From positions 64,001 to 128,000 of the forward strand of contig CAXBMO010000001.1 of the NCBI GenBank assembly GCA_963977015.1: a stretch of DNA of 64,000 nt, in the 5' to 3' direction. The position numbers and the translations under genes were made by a program. The DNA is from an uncultured bacterium. Lineage in GTDB: Bacteria; Verrucomicrobiota; Verrucomicrobiia; Verrucomicrobiales; DEV007. Under the pieces are notes generated by a model, which saw only the letters and a list, made by a program, of their open reading frames with translations, made no database searches and was not told the origin of the DNA. The number at the start of each line of letters is the position of its first letter. Position 1 is the stretch's first letter. Shown one piece after another: positions 32,393 through 43,794 of the stretch.

Positions 32393-34180
32393 TCAACCAT
32401 TTCTGACGAAATTTCGCCAGTTTTTCACCTCCGTGATTCGTTTTGCCCGTTGGAGGATGAAATTTTCGCAGAGAAAGCCGGGAATTACCTCCCCAGAAGC
32501 CATTCTAATCTTCCCAATTCCAAGAGGCTCGGGAATTTGAGTGACAAATTCGCCAAACTCTCGAAGGGGCAGGGCCCAAACCTCGACTTCGATCGATTTC
32601 CCGGCGTCTTCATTTCTGACAAGGCCGGGGCGTGGCGGCAAATTGTCCATTTCCGGAAGCGCGTAGAGGTCGTAGCAGGGCGCTGTCTCAGCCGTGCCGA
32701 GAAATCGCCCTTGTCGCTCCGTGAGTTGATGATTGAGCGGTAATCCACGCATGTGAGCGCCACAGACGACCAGAGGGCTCCATCCTTCGGGGACACTGGT
32801 GCCGGTTTCCGTCCCTGAGAGGGAGGGAGGAGTCGCTGAATCGAATCGATCAGCAAGTTCGAGCAGCTTGCGGTCGTGGAACGCTGGTGCGAAAAAAGTA
32901 ACACCGAAGGGAAGGCCGGAATCCAGTTTCCCGGCGGGAAACGCGGTCGCGCTGTAATCCAGCAGGTTCATGAAATTGGTGTAGTAACCCAAATTGGAGT
33001 TGAGCTGAATTGGCTCGGCTTCGACTTCAGCGGCTTTGTAGATCGTGCCAGCGGTTGGAGTCAGAATCACATCGACCAACTTCCAGGCTTCGTCGGCCCG
33101 GCGTTTCAAAGCGCGAAGTCGATATTCTGCGTTGAAGGCATCGACAGCCAGCGGTTTGGCGCCTCCTTCTACGATCGTTCGAGTTACCGGGTGAAGAATC
33201 TCCGGCCGGGTCTTGAACACCTCTTCCATTGCGGCGTAGCGCTCAGCAACCCAGGGGCCTTCGTAAAGCAGACGCGCCGCCTCCAGAAATGGGGAAAAGT
33301 CGATCGATACCAATTCTCCGCCAGCCTCTTGCAGCTGCTTGATCTTCTCGGCGAAAAGGGCGCGAGCCGAATCATTGCCGAAAAATTCCAATTGGTCCGC
33401 GTTTGGGACTCCAAAGCGAAAATGCTGCCCCAGTGGAGCGGCTTCCGGAGATGTCGGATCTTCTCGAGCATAGGCGTCCGAGGGATCGAACACCGCTGCC
33501 ACGTCGAGGATGGCTTCTGCATCTCCTGAGTTGTTGGCGAAAATGGAGACGCAATCCAAAGTCTTGCAGGCGGGAAAGACGCCCGAGCAGCTGAGAAGGC
33601 CGCGGCTTGGCTTGTGACCCACCAATTCGTTGAAGGCTGCGGGGATTCGGCCCGATCCTGCGGTGTCGGTGCCGAGAGAGAAGCTGGCAAATTCTTGTGC
33701 CACGGCTATGGCCGATCCCGAGCTTGATCCGCCGGGGATGTATTCCGGATCAAAGGCGTTCTCCGGAAACCCATACGGGGATCGAACTCCGACCAATCCG
33801 GTCGCAAACTGGTCGAGATTCGTTTTTCCGATCGGAATCGCCCCTGCGTCGATCAGTGTTTGCACGACAAACGCCGATCGCTCGGGGTCGTAGGCAAATT
33901 CGGGACAGGCAGCAGTGGTTGGCGCGCCTTTCAGATCAATATTGTCTTTGATGGCGAAGGGAACTCCGAAAAGCGGCAATGACGCGGGATCGAGGGACTC
34001 GATTTGCTTCGCGTATTCCAACAACTCGTCGAGCGAGAGCCGGTGGATCCAAATCCTTGTGGGCTCGGCCTTGGTGATCGCCTCATCCAGGGCTTGAACG
34101 AGTTTTGTGGGAGTCCAATCGCCGCCAGCATACGCTTCGCGAAGGGATTTGAGGTCCAAATTGGGTAGCTTGGTGCTCAT
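32393..34180 (-). CDS. atzF: Allophanate hydrolase
   Basis: Amidase signature FAIKDNID, GGSSSGSA, GTDTAGSGR; C-terminal VVCGAHMRGLPLN domain. Confidence 0.95.
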   Translation of the reverse strand: MSTKLPNLDLKSLREAYAGGDWTPTKLVQALDEAITKAEPTRIWIHRLSLDELLEYAKQIESLDPASLPLFGVPFAIKDNIDLKGAPTTAACPEFAYDPERSAFVVQTLIDAGAIPIGKTNLDQFATGLVGVRSPYGFPENAFDPEYIPGGSSSGSAIAVAQEFASFSLGTDTAGSGRIPAAFNELVGHKPSRGLLSCSGVFPACKTLDCVSIFANNSGDAEAILDVAAVFDPSDAYAREDPTSPEAAPLGQHFRFGVPNADQLEFFGNDSARALFAEKIKQLQEAGGELVSIDFSPFLEAARLLYEGPWVAERYAAMEEVFKTRPEILHPVTRTIVEGGAKPLAVDAFNAEYRLRALKRRADEAWKLVDVILTPTAGTIYKAAEVEAEPIQLNSNLGYYTNFMNLLDYSATAFPAGKLDSGLPFGVTFFAPAFHDRKLLELADRFDSATPPSLSGTETGTSVPEGWSPLVVCGAHMRGLPLNHQLTERQGRFLGTAETAPCYDLYALPEMDNLPPRPGLVRNEDAGKSIEVEVWALPLREFGEFVTQIPEPLGIGKIRMASGEVIPGFLCENFILQRAKRITEVKNWRNFVRNG

Positions 34181-34182
34181 AA

Positions 34183-37100
34183 TTATTTTTCCAGCTCAAG
34201 AATCGCCAAAATCTGGCCGGCGCTGACGCTGGCTCCTTCTTCCACCAGAATCTCGCGAAGCTTACCGGTCTCTGGCGCTCCGACCGAAATTTCCATTTTC
34301 ATGCTTTCCACGATGAGAAGAGTTTGATCTTCGGTGACCGAGTCGCCGGGCTTTGCCTCAATCTTCCAAAGGCTTCCCGCAACCGGCGAAGTTACCGCTT
34401 CGCAGCCGTCGGGAATCTCGATAGCATCCTGTTGAGTCGGCAATTCGGTTTCTTCCGCCTCGAAACTCATCGCGCCGCTCGCTTCCCAGCGTTCGCGTTC
34501 TTCCGCAAATGCTTGGCGCTGAGTCTCTCGAAACGATGCGATGCTGGTGTCGTTCTCCTTCAGAAACGCGTGGTAATCTTTCGGGCGAAATGTGGTTTCT
34601 TCGATTTTGATCTCATATTGGCCGGTCAAAAACTGGCGGCGCATTTCAAGAAGTTGATCTGCCTCGACCGGAAACCACCGAATTTGGTCAAAAAAGCGCA
34701 GCAGCCACGGCTTTCCTGCCTCAAAATGCTCAGTAGTGTTAAATCTATTCCAGACTGGAAGCGTGCGTCCCACAAACTGATAGCCGCCGGGACCTTCCAT
34801 CCCATAAATGCAGAGGTAGGCTCCACCAATTCCAACGGCATTTTCCGGAGTCCAGGTTCGCGCCGGATTATATTTCGTCGTGACGAGGCGATGTCTCGGG
34901 TCGAGTGGGGTGGCGACTGGAGCACCCAGGTAAACATCGCCAAGGCCCATCACGAAATAGCTCGCGTCATAAACGATTCGGCGAACCTCATCGACTGATT
35001 CGAGCCCGTTAATTCGGCGAATGAACTCAATATTGCTCGGGCACCACGGGGCGTCAGCCCGAACGATCTGCATGTATTTGTCGATCGCTTCCTGAGTCGC
35101 GGGATCATCCCAACTCAGCGGCAGATGGACGATTCGGCTCGGAAACTCCATTTCGTCCGGCGAAGGCAGGCTGCTTTCCGCGCTTTCGATCAGCTTGAGC
35201 ACGTCTTTTCCCTGAATTTGAGTCGGATCGAATTGCACCTGCAGCGAACGAATCCCGGGCACGAGTTCGAGCAGTCCGTTGAACGGAGCCGCCTGAATTG
35301 CGTCATGAAGCGCTTGAACTCGGAATCGTAAATCGAGATCGAGCACCAAATCGCCAAACTCGACCAGAATGACGCCGTCTCCGCTTTGGCGAAAAATCAC
35401 CCCACGCTCATCAATGGCGTCAAGAATGGGCGGCGTTCGACGGGAGGAGACGCTGGCGTCGCGAACTGTCGTCTCGCGAATTCCTTCTTCCTGAGACAAG
35501 AGAATACTCTCCGCGTCTTCATTGGAGACGGAAACAAAGCGGATGGAGTCACCCGGCTTCATTTGGCCCATTTTCCAGAGATCGGCACGAATGATCACCG
35601 CCGGACAGACGAATCCACCCAGACTGGGGCCGTCCGGTCCAAGGAGAATTGGCATGTCCCCCGTGAAGTCGATCGAGCCGACGCAATAGGCGTTGTCGTG
35701 AATGTTGGAGGGGTGAAGACCGGCTTCTCCCCCATCTCGGCGTGCCCATTTGGGTTTTGGACCGATCAATCGAATTCCAGTTCGGTCCGAATTGTAGTGA
35801 ACCTCCCAACTTGTCGAGAAAAAGGTTTCGATGTCGGAATCCGTAAAAAACTCGGGGGCTCCGTGTGGCCCGTAAACAACGCGGACTTCCCACTGGTTTG
35901 TCAGATCCGGGCGATTGACGTCTGACGGGGAGGGGAGGGCTTCAACGGATCCTGCCAAGTGCAGAACGTCGCCGGTTTTGAGTGCTCTGCCGCCGTGGCC
36001 ACCGAATTTTCCCAATCGAAAGGTGGCGCGACTTCCCAGGTATTCCGGAACATCCACTCCTCCCTGAATCAGGAGATATGCGCGTTGGCCCGGGCCGGAA
36101 ACGTCCTTGAGTTTTAAAACCTGACCCGCATTCACGGACACGGGAGCGAATCGCTCGATCGGCTCTCCATCGAGCATGGCGTTCATATCAGCGCCGGTCA
36201 GGCAAATGACCGTGCTCGAGTTGAATTTCAGTTTCGGTCCTCGGACTGCCATCTCCAATCCGGCCGCTGCTTCGTCATTACCGAGAATCTGGTTTCCCAA
36301 CCGGAAGCTCAACGGATCAAAAGGTCCTGATGGAGGAACGCCGACATCCCACATCCCGATTCGTCCCGGATAATCCTGGATGGTCGTCTCCAGGCCCGGA
36401 TCCAGCACATCGATCGTCGTCGGTGCATAGGCGAAGTCGTTCAAGAAGCGGGTGGTAATCGTGCCCTCGACAAAGGCTTCAGATTCCAGAATGCTCGAAA
36501 CGTAAGCTTGGTTCGTTTCAATTCCGTGGCAGCCCAAGGTCGACAGCGCTTTTTTCAGGCCCTCGGTCGCTTTGGTGCGGTCGGACTCATGGACGATGAC
36601 CTTCGCGACCATGGGGTCGTAAAAACTGGGGACCTCGGTTCCAGACTTGATCCAGGTGTCGCAACGGGCGTTCTCCGGGGCGGTGAACTCGGTGACCAAA
36701 CCGCTGCTGGGTTGGAAATTCTTGTTCGGGTCTTCCGCATAAATCCGGGTCTGAATCGCGTGCCCCTTCGGGCTTGCCGAAGCCGCCAGCTCATCGATGG
36801 AAGGCAAGTCGCCGGCTGCCAGACGAATCATCCATTCGACCAGGTCAATTCCCCAGACTTCCTCGGTCACCCCGTGCTCGACTTGTAGGCGAGCGTTCAC
36901 CTCCAGGAAGTAAAAACGGCGGTCAATGTCGTCCCAAAGAAACTCGACGGTGCCCGCTGAGCGATAGTTGACGGACTTGGCAATCCGAATCGCAGCATCG
37001 GCGATTGCCTGGCGTTCTTCATCGCTCAACCCGGGAGCGGGCGTCTCCTCGATGACCTTCTGATTGCGGCGTTGCGCAGAGCAATCGCGTTCGCCAAGCG

Positions 37101-37764
37101 CAATCACGTTGCCTTTTCCATCTCCGAAAACCTGGACTTCAATGTGACGTGCGCGCTCGATGTATTTTTCGAGAAACAGGCTGGGGTCGCCAAAGTTGGA
37201 TTGGGAGAGGCGCCGGACCTGATCGAACAGGGTTGGAACTTCCTCGGCAGAATACGCGATTTGCATCCCAATTCCTCCACCTCCGGCGGAAGATTTCAGA
37301 ATCACCGGAAACCCGACTTTGATTGCCGTTTCCAGGGCTTCTTCCGCAGTTTTCAAGAGGTCGCTGCCTTCCAGCAGTGGAACCTGGGCATCGCGCGCGA
37401 TATCGCGACACACATGTTTGAGGCCACAGGTCTCGAGCTGCTTGGGAGTTGGGCCGATGAACGCAATTCCGGCCTCTTCGCAGGCATTCGCGAATCCCGC
37501 GTTTTCGCTCAAAAAACCGTAGCCGGGGTGGATGGCTTCCGCACCGGTTTCCCTGGCGGCTTCAATGATTTTCTGAACATCAAGATAGGTTTCGGAGGCT
37601 AGGTTTCCCGGCAAAAGAACCCCTTCGTCCGCATCCAGTGCGTGGAGGGATTCACGATCCGGATTCGAAAAGACGGCAACTGACCCAATGTTCAGTTTGC
37701 GAAGCGTGCGTTGAATCCGGCAAGAGATGGCGCCACGGTTGGCGATAAGGACTTTCTTAAACAT
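34183..37764 (-). CDS. uca: Urea/guanidine carboxylase
   Basis: Biotin carboxylase domain (LIANRG, RDCSAQRRNQK), carboxyltransferase domain (GLHPSNIHD, TTKYNPARTWT), biotinyl ESMKME. Confidence 0.95.
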   Translation of the reverse strand: MFKKVLIANRGAISCRIQRTLRKLNIGSVAVFSNPDRESLHALDADEGVLLPGNLASETYLDVQKIIEAARETGAEAIHPGYGFLSENAGFANACEEAGIAFIGPTPKQLETCGLKHVCRDIARDAQVPLLEGSDLLKTAEEALETAIKVGFPVILKSSAGGGGIGMQIAYSAEEVPTLFDQVRRLSQSNFGDPSLFLEKYIERARHIEVQVFGDGKGNVIALGERDCSAQRRNQKVIEETPAPGLSDEERQAIADAAIRIAKSVNYRSAGTVEFLWDDIDRRFYFLEVNARLQVEHGVTEEVWGIDLVEWMIRLAAGDLPSIDELAASASPKGHAIQTRIYAEDPNKNFQPSSGLVTEFTAPENARCDTWIKSGTEVPSFYDPMVAKVIVHESDRTKATEGLKKALSTLGCHGIETNQAYVSSILESEAFVEGTITTRFLNDFAYAPTTIDVLDPGLETTIQDYPGRIGMWDVGVPPSGPFDPLSFRLGNQILGNDEAAAGLEMAVRGPKLKFNSSTVICLTGADMNAMLDGEPIERFAPVSVNAGQVLKLKDVSGPGQRAYLLIQGGVDVPEYLGSRATFRLGKFGGHGGRALKTGDVLHLAGSVEALPSPSDVNRPDLTNQWEVRVVYGPHGAPEFFTDSDIETFFSTSWEVHYNSDRTGIRLIGPKPKWARRDGGEAGLHPSNIHDNAYCVGSIDFTGDMPILLGPDGPSLGGFVCPAVIIRADLWKMGQMKPGDSIRFVSVSNEDAESILLSQEEGIRETTVRDASVSSRRTPPILDAIDERGVIFRQSGDGVILVEFGDLVLDLDLRFRVQALHDAIQAAPFNGLLELVPGIRSLQVQFDPTQIQGKDVLKLIESAESSLPSPDEMEFPSRIVHLPLSWDDPATQEAIDKYMQIVRADAPWCPSNIEFIRRINGLESVDEVRRIVYDASYFVMGLGDVYLGAPVATPLDPRHRLVTTKYNPARTWTPENAVGIGGAYLCIYGMEGPGGYQFVGRTLPVWNRFNTTEHFEAGKPWLLRFFDQIRWFPVEADQLLEMRRQFLTGQYEIKIEETTFRPKDYHAFLKENDTSIASFRETQRQAFAEERERWEASGAMSFEAEETELPTQQDAIEIPDGCEAVTSPVAGSLWKIEAKPGDSVTEDQTLLIVESMKMEISVGAPETGKLREILVEEGASVSAGQILAILELEK

Positions 37765-37768
37765 GATG

Positions 37769-38401
37769 TTAGTCCCAGATTAAAACGCGCACAGGTGTCG
37801 GGTTATACGCATTGCAGGGATTGTTGAGTTGAGGACAGTTCGAGATGAGCGCGATCACGTCCATTTCGGCTCGCATTTCCACATATCTTCCCGGTGCCGA
37901 GATTCCATCGGCAAACGTTAGTTTCCCTTCAGGAGTAACCGGTACATTCATGAAGAAATTGATATTGCAGGTGATGTCTCGTTTTCCCATGTCGTGGCCC
38001 CACTCGGTAACGCCACATAGGAAGCTATCGCGACACGCGTGCATGTATTCCTTGTCCAAGGCATAGCGCATGGTGTTGCTTTCGCGGGAGCAGGCGCCGC
38101 CGACAGTGTCATGACGGCCGCAGGTGTCCGCTACGATGGTGAGGAGAACATTTCCCTCGGTGGAGATAAGTTCGGTTCCCGTCGTGAGATAAAGGTTTGC
38201 CTGACGTTGGATCGTGTCGCTGGCGCTATACCGATCACTGACATCATGGGCGTTGTAGAAGAGCGTGTCAGCCGCTTGGTTTCCTTCCAGATCGAGGATG
38301 CGAAAGGTTTGGCCCTTCTTGATTTCACGCATCCAATGATCACCGGCAAGAACCGTGTAATCATAGGATGCGTCTTCTGGGACTAGTGAGGATTCGGTCA
38401 T
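37769..38401 (-). CDS. cgdB: Carboxyguanidine deiminase subunit B (DUF1989)
   Basis: [39 protein letters not shown]. Confidence 0.88.
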   Translation of the reverse strand: MTESSLVPEDASYDYTVLAGDHWMREIKKGQTFRILDLEGNQAADTLFYNAHDVSDRYSASDTIQRQANLYLTTGTELISTEGNVLLTIVADTCGRHDTVGGACSRESNTMRYALDKEYMHACRDSFLCGVTEWGHDMGKRDITCNINFFMNVPVTPEGKLTFADGISAPGRYVEMRAEMDVIALISNCPQLNNPCNAYNPTPVRVLIWD

Positions 38402-39126
38402 GAGCGCAGCGCGTGATAGTTTGTGGTATTCAGATAAGCTCGTTCGTTCTCCGGGCAGGAAGCTCGGTATTGGCCGTCATTCTCCGATTCAAAAACACTC
38501 AAAAGTAGAGGCTTGGGAGAGTAATCGGGATTGGGATCGAGCGGATGCTGGCAGGTATTCAGAATCACCAGCGTGTCCATTTCAAAACTCAGATCAACGA
38601 CGGACCCGGGAGGAGATGCGCCTTCTGCGTAAGTGAGATTTCCGTCTTCATCAGAAACCACTTTGCTAAACCAATTCACATTGGGAACCAGATCCCGTTT
38701 GCCAAGACCCCATTTTGCCATCTCAATCAAAAAATCGTCTTTTGCGTTTCGGTGGAAGTCATTGCGCGCGGTTTGATAGTTGTTCTCCCCATACTTTTTG
38801 AGCACCAACCCGGCATTCGAACATCCGCAGACGGTGTCGTGCCATCCCATGGTATCTTCCGAGATGCCGGCAAAGATTCTGCCCATGTCAGAATGCAGGC
38901 AGTAAGGTTTTGTCAGGAAAAAGATCTGCTGCCCCTTCAGGGTGTCCGGCATGTTATAACGCTCCAATGGTTGGTCCGCATTAAAGAGCAACATTCCGAC
39001 ATTCACTCCTCCTTCGAGGTCCGTCATTCGCAAGGTTTTTCCCTTCCCAATGACCTGGGACCACATTCCGCCGCCGCGAATGGTTGTTTCAAAGCGAAGC
39101 TTGTCTTGAGGTATGGTCGTGCTCAT
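38398..39126 (-). CDS. cgdA: Carboxyguanidine deiminase subunit A (DUF1989)
   Basis: [39 protein letters not shown] overlap with cgdB. Confidence 0.88.
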   Translation of the reverse strand: MSTTIPQDKLRFETTIRGGGMWSQVIGKGKTLRMTDLEGGVNVGMLLFNADQPLERYNMPDTLKGQQIFFLTKPYCLHSDMGRIFAGISEDTMGWHDTVCGCSNAGLVLKKYGENNYQTARNDFHRNAKDDFLIEMAKWGLGKRDLVPNVNWFSKVVSDEDGNLTYAEGASPPGSVVDLSFEMDTLVILNTCQHPLDPNPDYSPKPLLLSVFESENDGQYRASCPENERAYLNTTNYHALRS

Positions 39127-39593
39127 GATTCGTCAGGAAGAGGGTGGATCGGTGGTAGTATCATTGAGAAAATGGTCAGGCGTCCGGATTTCACCCCTTT
39201 GGCGGTGATCAGCTCATCTGAAATCGCTTTGAGCCGTTTTGCGGGGCCCTGAACGAGCAGCACTTCCATGGTGTGTTCGTTTTCGAGCAATATATGTTGG
39301 GAACTGATCACTTCGTTAATGTGTTTGCGCTCAATGTCAGAAAGTGTCTGAAGCAGGCCGGGGCGCGACGCATCATAGAAAAGCGTGATGGTGCCTGCCA
39401 TGACCTCCTCACCAAGTTCACTGCGATGCTCCAGCGCACTTTGCTGAATCATCTCGGCTACGGCCTGAGAACGGCTTTGAAAGCCCCGTTGCTCGATCAG
39501 GCGATCAAGCGCGTCGTAGACTTCGGGCAAAAGTGAAACGGTGATGCGTTTCACCCCGTCGACATGGTTCAAACTGGGAGGTGCTTCATTCAT
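39123..39593 (-). CDS. NikR-family (RHH + ACT-like) transcriptional regulator lacking most Ni ligands
   Basis: RITVSL..E.YDALD.L...RGF.SRSQA RHH domain; GTITLFYD...SSQH..L...HTMEV C-domain. Confidence 0.85.
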   Translation of the reverse strand: MNEAPPSLNHVDGVKRITVSLLPEVYDALDRLIEQRGFQSRSQAVAEMIQQSALEHRSELGEEVMAGTITLFYDASRPGLLQTLSDIERKHINEVISSQHILLENEHTMEVLLVQGPAKRLKAISDELITAKGVKSGRLTIFSMILPPIHPLPDES

Positions 39594-39616
39594 ACTTATG
39601 TTTTCGAAAGTATTAC
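39589..39616. promoter_or_regulatory. Candidate operator of the NikR-like regulator (overlaps its ATG)
   Basis: Imperfect inverted repeat TCATACTT-N10-AAGTATTA; minus strand reads GTAATAC-N14-GTATGA. Confidence 0.5.
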
Positions 39617-39626
39617 CAATGTTTGG

Positions 39627-39643
39627 AGCATTTATTGTGCCAA
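39627..39643 (-). promoter_or_regulatory. Sigma-54 promoter (regulator-cgdAB-uca-atzF operon)
   Basis: Minus strand TTGGCACAATAAATGCT (GG-N10-GC). Confidence 0.8.
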
Positions 39644-39663
39644 TACAAGGCCTTTGAGGGGAT

Positions 39664-39680
39664 TTGGCGCGGAACCTGCT
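39664..39680 (+). promoter_or_regulatory. Sigma-54 promoter (ABC ATPase)
   Basis: TTGGCGCGGAACCTGCT (GG-N10-GC), 36 nt before ATG. Confidence 0.7.
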
Positions 39681-39716
39681 TTTACGGTTTCTGTTCAACT
39701 TTTAACCAGCTTTCCC

Positions 39717-40625
39717 ATGGTCCAATCGCTTCAATTGCCCAGTTACCTCGAACAAGATCCAAAAGTTGCGTCTCGCTTTGAGAGGCTCAAACAACGTGAC
39801 ATCGAGCTCGATGTGCGAAATTTGGGAAAGATCTTCAACGGCTCGGGAGGCGAAGTGGAAGCCCTGCATGACGTGAGTTTCAGTGTCTATCGGCGGGAGT
39901 TCATGTGCGTGCTTGGTGCCTCGGGATGCGGAAAATCAACCCTGATCAGGATTTTGGCCGGACTTGAAAGCCCAACCTCAGGAGAGGTTATTCTCGATGG
40001 GAAGCCTGTCTCCGGGCCGGGGCCTGATCGCGGAATGGTGTTTCAGAGTTACACGCTCTTCCCGTGGTTGACGGTGAAAGACAACGTGATGTTTGGGTTG
40101 GAAATGACGGGCAGGGGTGGCTCTGCGGCGGAAAGCGAGGCCCGCCAATGGATTGACCTGGTTGGACTTTCCAAGTTCGAGGATACCTACCCTCATCAAT
40201 TGTCAGGTGGAATGAAGCAGCGGGTCGCCATCGCGCGAGCACTCGCCAATCAACCCCGGATCCTGCTGATGGATGAGCCGTTTGGTGCCCTGGATGCTCA
40301 GACAAGGGCCCACATGCAGGCCTACCTGCTCCAAATCTGGAAGAATGTGGACATTACCATTTTGTTCATCACGCATGATCTTGATGAGGCAGTTTACCTG
40401 TCTGACCGAATCCTGGTTCTTAGTCCCAACCCGGGCGAAGTCGCCGAGATGATCGAGGTTCCCGTGCCTCGGCCGCGCTCGCCCGATCAGTCAATTATGC
40501 CTGAGTTTCTGGCCACCAAGAAGCGGCTTGAAGAACTGATTCACCCGAAGCACAGCAGCTCATCGGATGACGATGAGTCGATCCCCATTCTCAGGATGAC
40601 GGCGCTGGATGATGATGTGGAGTGA
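39717..40625 (+). CDS. NitT/TauT-type ABC transporter ATP-binding protein
   Basis: Walker [33 protein letters not shown]. Confidence 0.95.
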   Translation: MVQSLQLPSYLEQDPKVASRFERLKQRDIELDVRNLGKIFNGSGGEVEALHDVSFSVYRREFMCVLGASGCGKSTLIRILAGLESPTSGEVILDGKPVSGPGPDRGMVFQSYTLFPWLTVKDNVMFGLEMTGRGGSAAESEARQWIDLVGLSKFEDTYPHQLSGGMKQRVAIARALANQPRILLMDEPFGALDAQTRAHMQAYLLQIWKNVDITILFITHDLDEAVYLSDRILVLSPNPGEVAEMIEVPVPRPRSPDQSIMPEFLATKKRLEELIHPKHSSSSDDDESIPILRMTALDDDVE

Positions 40626-41469
40626 AGTCAGCCTGCCAGGCTGAGAACGCCTTGCGCAGCTCGATTCCCATCCACTGATTGATCTCCCACAGGTCCGCCA
40701 CAGGTTTCTTGGAATAGGGCTCCAGGTGAAGGTAACCGTCCGTGCCGAACTCTGGAGTCATCGTGAAGGTTTCGAAACCGCGAAGAGCCTGACACTCCCA
40801 CATGGTTTCCCACCAGGTCAGGTGCGCTGCAACGGCCTCGGCATATTCGGGGGCGCGCGGGTCTGGAACCTGCGGACCCTGGTCGTAGCCAACCCGGGCG
40901 TGGAGATGCCAACAATTTTTTCCGAGAGCGGCTAACAAGTCAGCATTGTCATTCATCACGAGACGTTCCGCGACGCAGCACCAATGGCTGAAATCCAGAT
41001 TCAGCTTGAGATCCGGCAACTCGTGAATCAACTCAGCGGTGACCCACGGGGTGAAGGTTGAGCGGCTCCGGTGAGTTTCGATCGTGATGGTTGTGTTGAA
41101 CTCGCTTTCCAGTTCGAGCAATTGGCCAAAGTAGTCGATCTGCGTTCTGAGGGGCCAGGCGTCCAAACCCGTTTGCGTGTTCACGAAGGTTGGCTCCAAC
41201 GGAAGGCTTCGCTCCAGCCCGCGGCGCAAATCATCAAGGTGGTTGGACGGTGTGGCGCACGGATCAGGGACATACCAACCACCTGTGAAAATCTCGGCGA
41301 TCATTTCGAGGTCGGCCGCCTCAAGTTGCTCTTTGAGCAAGGATCGTTCGTCGTCTTGAGCTGGGACCGGTCCCTCGATCCCGTCAAACTCTGCGCTGAC
41401 GGCTTGTTCGATCGCTTCGGTCAGCGTTCCTTCATGACCCCAGAGCGGTTTGTAAATCTTTAACTTCAT
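40591..41469 (-). CDS. Sugar-phosphate isomerase/epimerase-like TIM-barrel protein of unknown function
   Basis: FDGIE, ETHR, DFSHW, HARVG and TPEFG motifs; TAATG coupling to upstream gene. Confidence 0.75.
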   Translation of the reverse strand: MKLKIYKPLWGHEGTLTEAIEQAVSAEFDGIEGPVPAQDDERSLLKEQLEAADLEMIAEIFTGGWYVPDPCATPSNHLDDLRRGLERSLPLEPTFVNTQTGLDAWPLRTQIDYFGQLLELESEFNTTITIETHRSRSTFTPWVTAELIHELPDLKLNLDFSHWCCVAERLVMNDNADLLAALGKNCWHLHARVGYDQGPQVPDPRAPEYAEAVAAHLTWWETMWECQALRGFETFTMTPEFGTDGYLHLEPYSKKPVADLWEINQWMGIELRKAFSAWQADFTPHHHPAPSS

Positions 41470-42328
41470 TATTGCTTTTCGAAGTCGATTTCGCGGCGGG
41501 CGGTGGGATTCTCGAGCACATAACGGGCGAGTTCCGATCCGGTCGTGATCCAGGTGTCACCGCTTTCCAGCAGGCCGCGAATGATGCGCTCCAGAAGTTG
41601 CACCCGGGAAGGGCGACCGCTGAGCCAGGGGTGAAGTGTCAGGACAAAGCAGCAGCCGTAATCGCGCATTGCCTCGAATTCGCGCCACCAGAGTTGGAAG
41701 ACCTTTTCGCAATCCTCGGGAATGACTCCCCAGGCTGGATCGGCGTTGAAGGCGAATTGTTCCCAGTCTTCCAGCAGCCATTGGCCGGGAATCTCGACCA
41801 AACCGTTTTGATGAATGAACGGGACATCATCGCTCATCATGCTGGCGTCATAGAGAAACCCGTGGGATTTGAGCAAATCGGGTGTTCCGGGATTGAGCTC
41901 AAACCATGGCGCGCGAAATCCGATTGGCCGGCTGCCGACGATCCGTTCCAGAATGGCGGTGGATTTTTCCAGAATCGCCTCTTCTTCGGGTGGTGCGAGC
42001 GTCGGCAACTTTTCGTGAAGATGACCATGGGCGCCAATCTCGTGACCCTGGTTCGCGATTGCTTCGGTCATTTTGGGATACTGCTCCGCAACCCAGGAAG
42101 GAATGAAAAACGTGCCGGGAACGTTGTAGTGTTTCAGGAGTCCGAGGATCCGCGGCACGCCAATTGAAGGGCCGTAGCTGCACTGCGACATCGTGGTGAT
42201 GCGGCTTACGAGGTTGGGATCTTCAGAAAGCGCGGTGGTCTCGCCATCGACGTCAAAGCAAAGCATGGCGGCGGCTTTGCAACCATTGGGCCAGGAGAAG
42301 CGGGGCTCCGGTTGATATTTGGGAAGGT

Positions 42329-42332
<4 letters not shown>
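41469..42332 (-). CDS. CE4/polysaccharide deacetylase family amidohydrolase (PuuE/HpPgdA-like)
   Basis: CFDVD, HEIGAHGHLH, GFRAPWF, LTLHPW; no signal peptide. Confidence 0.85.
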
Positions 42333-43005
<673 letters not shown>

Positions 43006-43006
<1 letters not shown>

Positions 43007-43794
43007 CAGGCGTCGGCTCCTTTCCAGGCTCCATCGATCCATTCGAGCGGAGGAGTCAAGTCATAGTGGTTCCACCCTGCGCTCACGCCGCCATCCACAG
43101 GAATGATCGCTCCGGAAATGAATCGAGCATCGTCCGATGCGAGGAATTCGTAAACGGGAGCAATTTCCTCCGGAGTTGCGGCTCGTCCCAATGGCGTTCG
43201 GTCGGTCATGAATGCAGGTTCCGGATTGTCCGGAATCTGGGTGACTGCAGGTGTTAGGATGAGACCCGGGGCAACGGCGTTGACTCGGATTTGCCGTTTG
43301 CCCAATTCGATCGCTCCGATTCGGGTCAGGTGATCGACAGAGGCTTTTGAGGCGGCATAACTTGGGCAGTTGGGAACGCCGGTCGAGCCGACGAACGAAC
43401 TGGAGTTGATGACCGAACCGCCTGATTCGAGGAATCGCGCGGCGATCTGAATGCCAAAAAAAACGGCATGCGAATTCACCTGGAAAACCAGATCCAGCAG
43501 TTCGGGTGTCGTATCAGCCAGCGAGATTCCGTGCGGTTGAATCGCTGCGTTGCTGATCAGGCAATCAATGTGGCCAGCCCAATCCTGAACTGCCTCAAAG
43601 GCTTGCTCCAGTTCCGCTTTCTTGCTGACGTCCCCCTTGATCGTGAAGAACGCTTCCGTGTCGGGATCAGGAAACTTTTGGTCGAAAATGGCGACCCTGG
43701 CTCCGGCTGCGGAGAACCGTCTCGCGATTTCCAGTCCCAACCCTGAGGCTCCTCCAGTGATCAGAGCGACCTTGTTCTCAAGTCTCCCGCTCAT
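43006..43794 (-). CDS. Short-chain dehydrogenase/reductase
   Basis: TGGASGLG, NAA, YAASK, VNAVAPG, VDGG. Confidence 0.93.

Noticed and set aside
39123-39593. Canonical nickel-responsive nikR
   Set aside because: Three of four Ni ligands appear substituted and no nickel transporter, urease or hydrogenase genes are adjacent.
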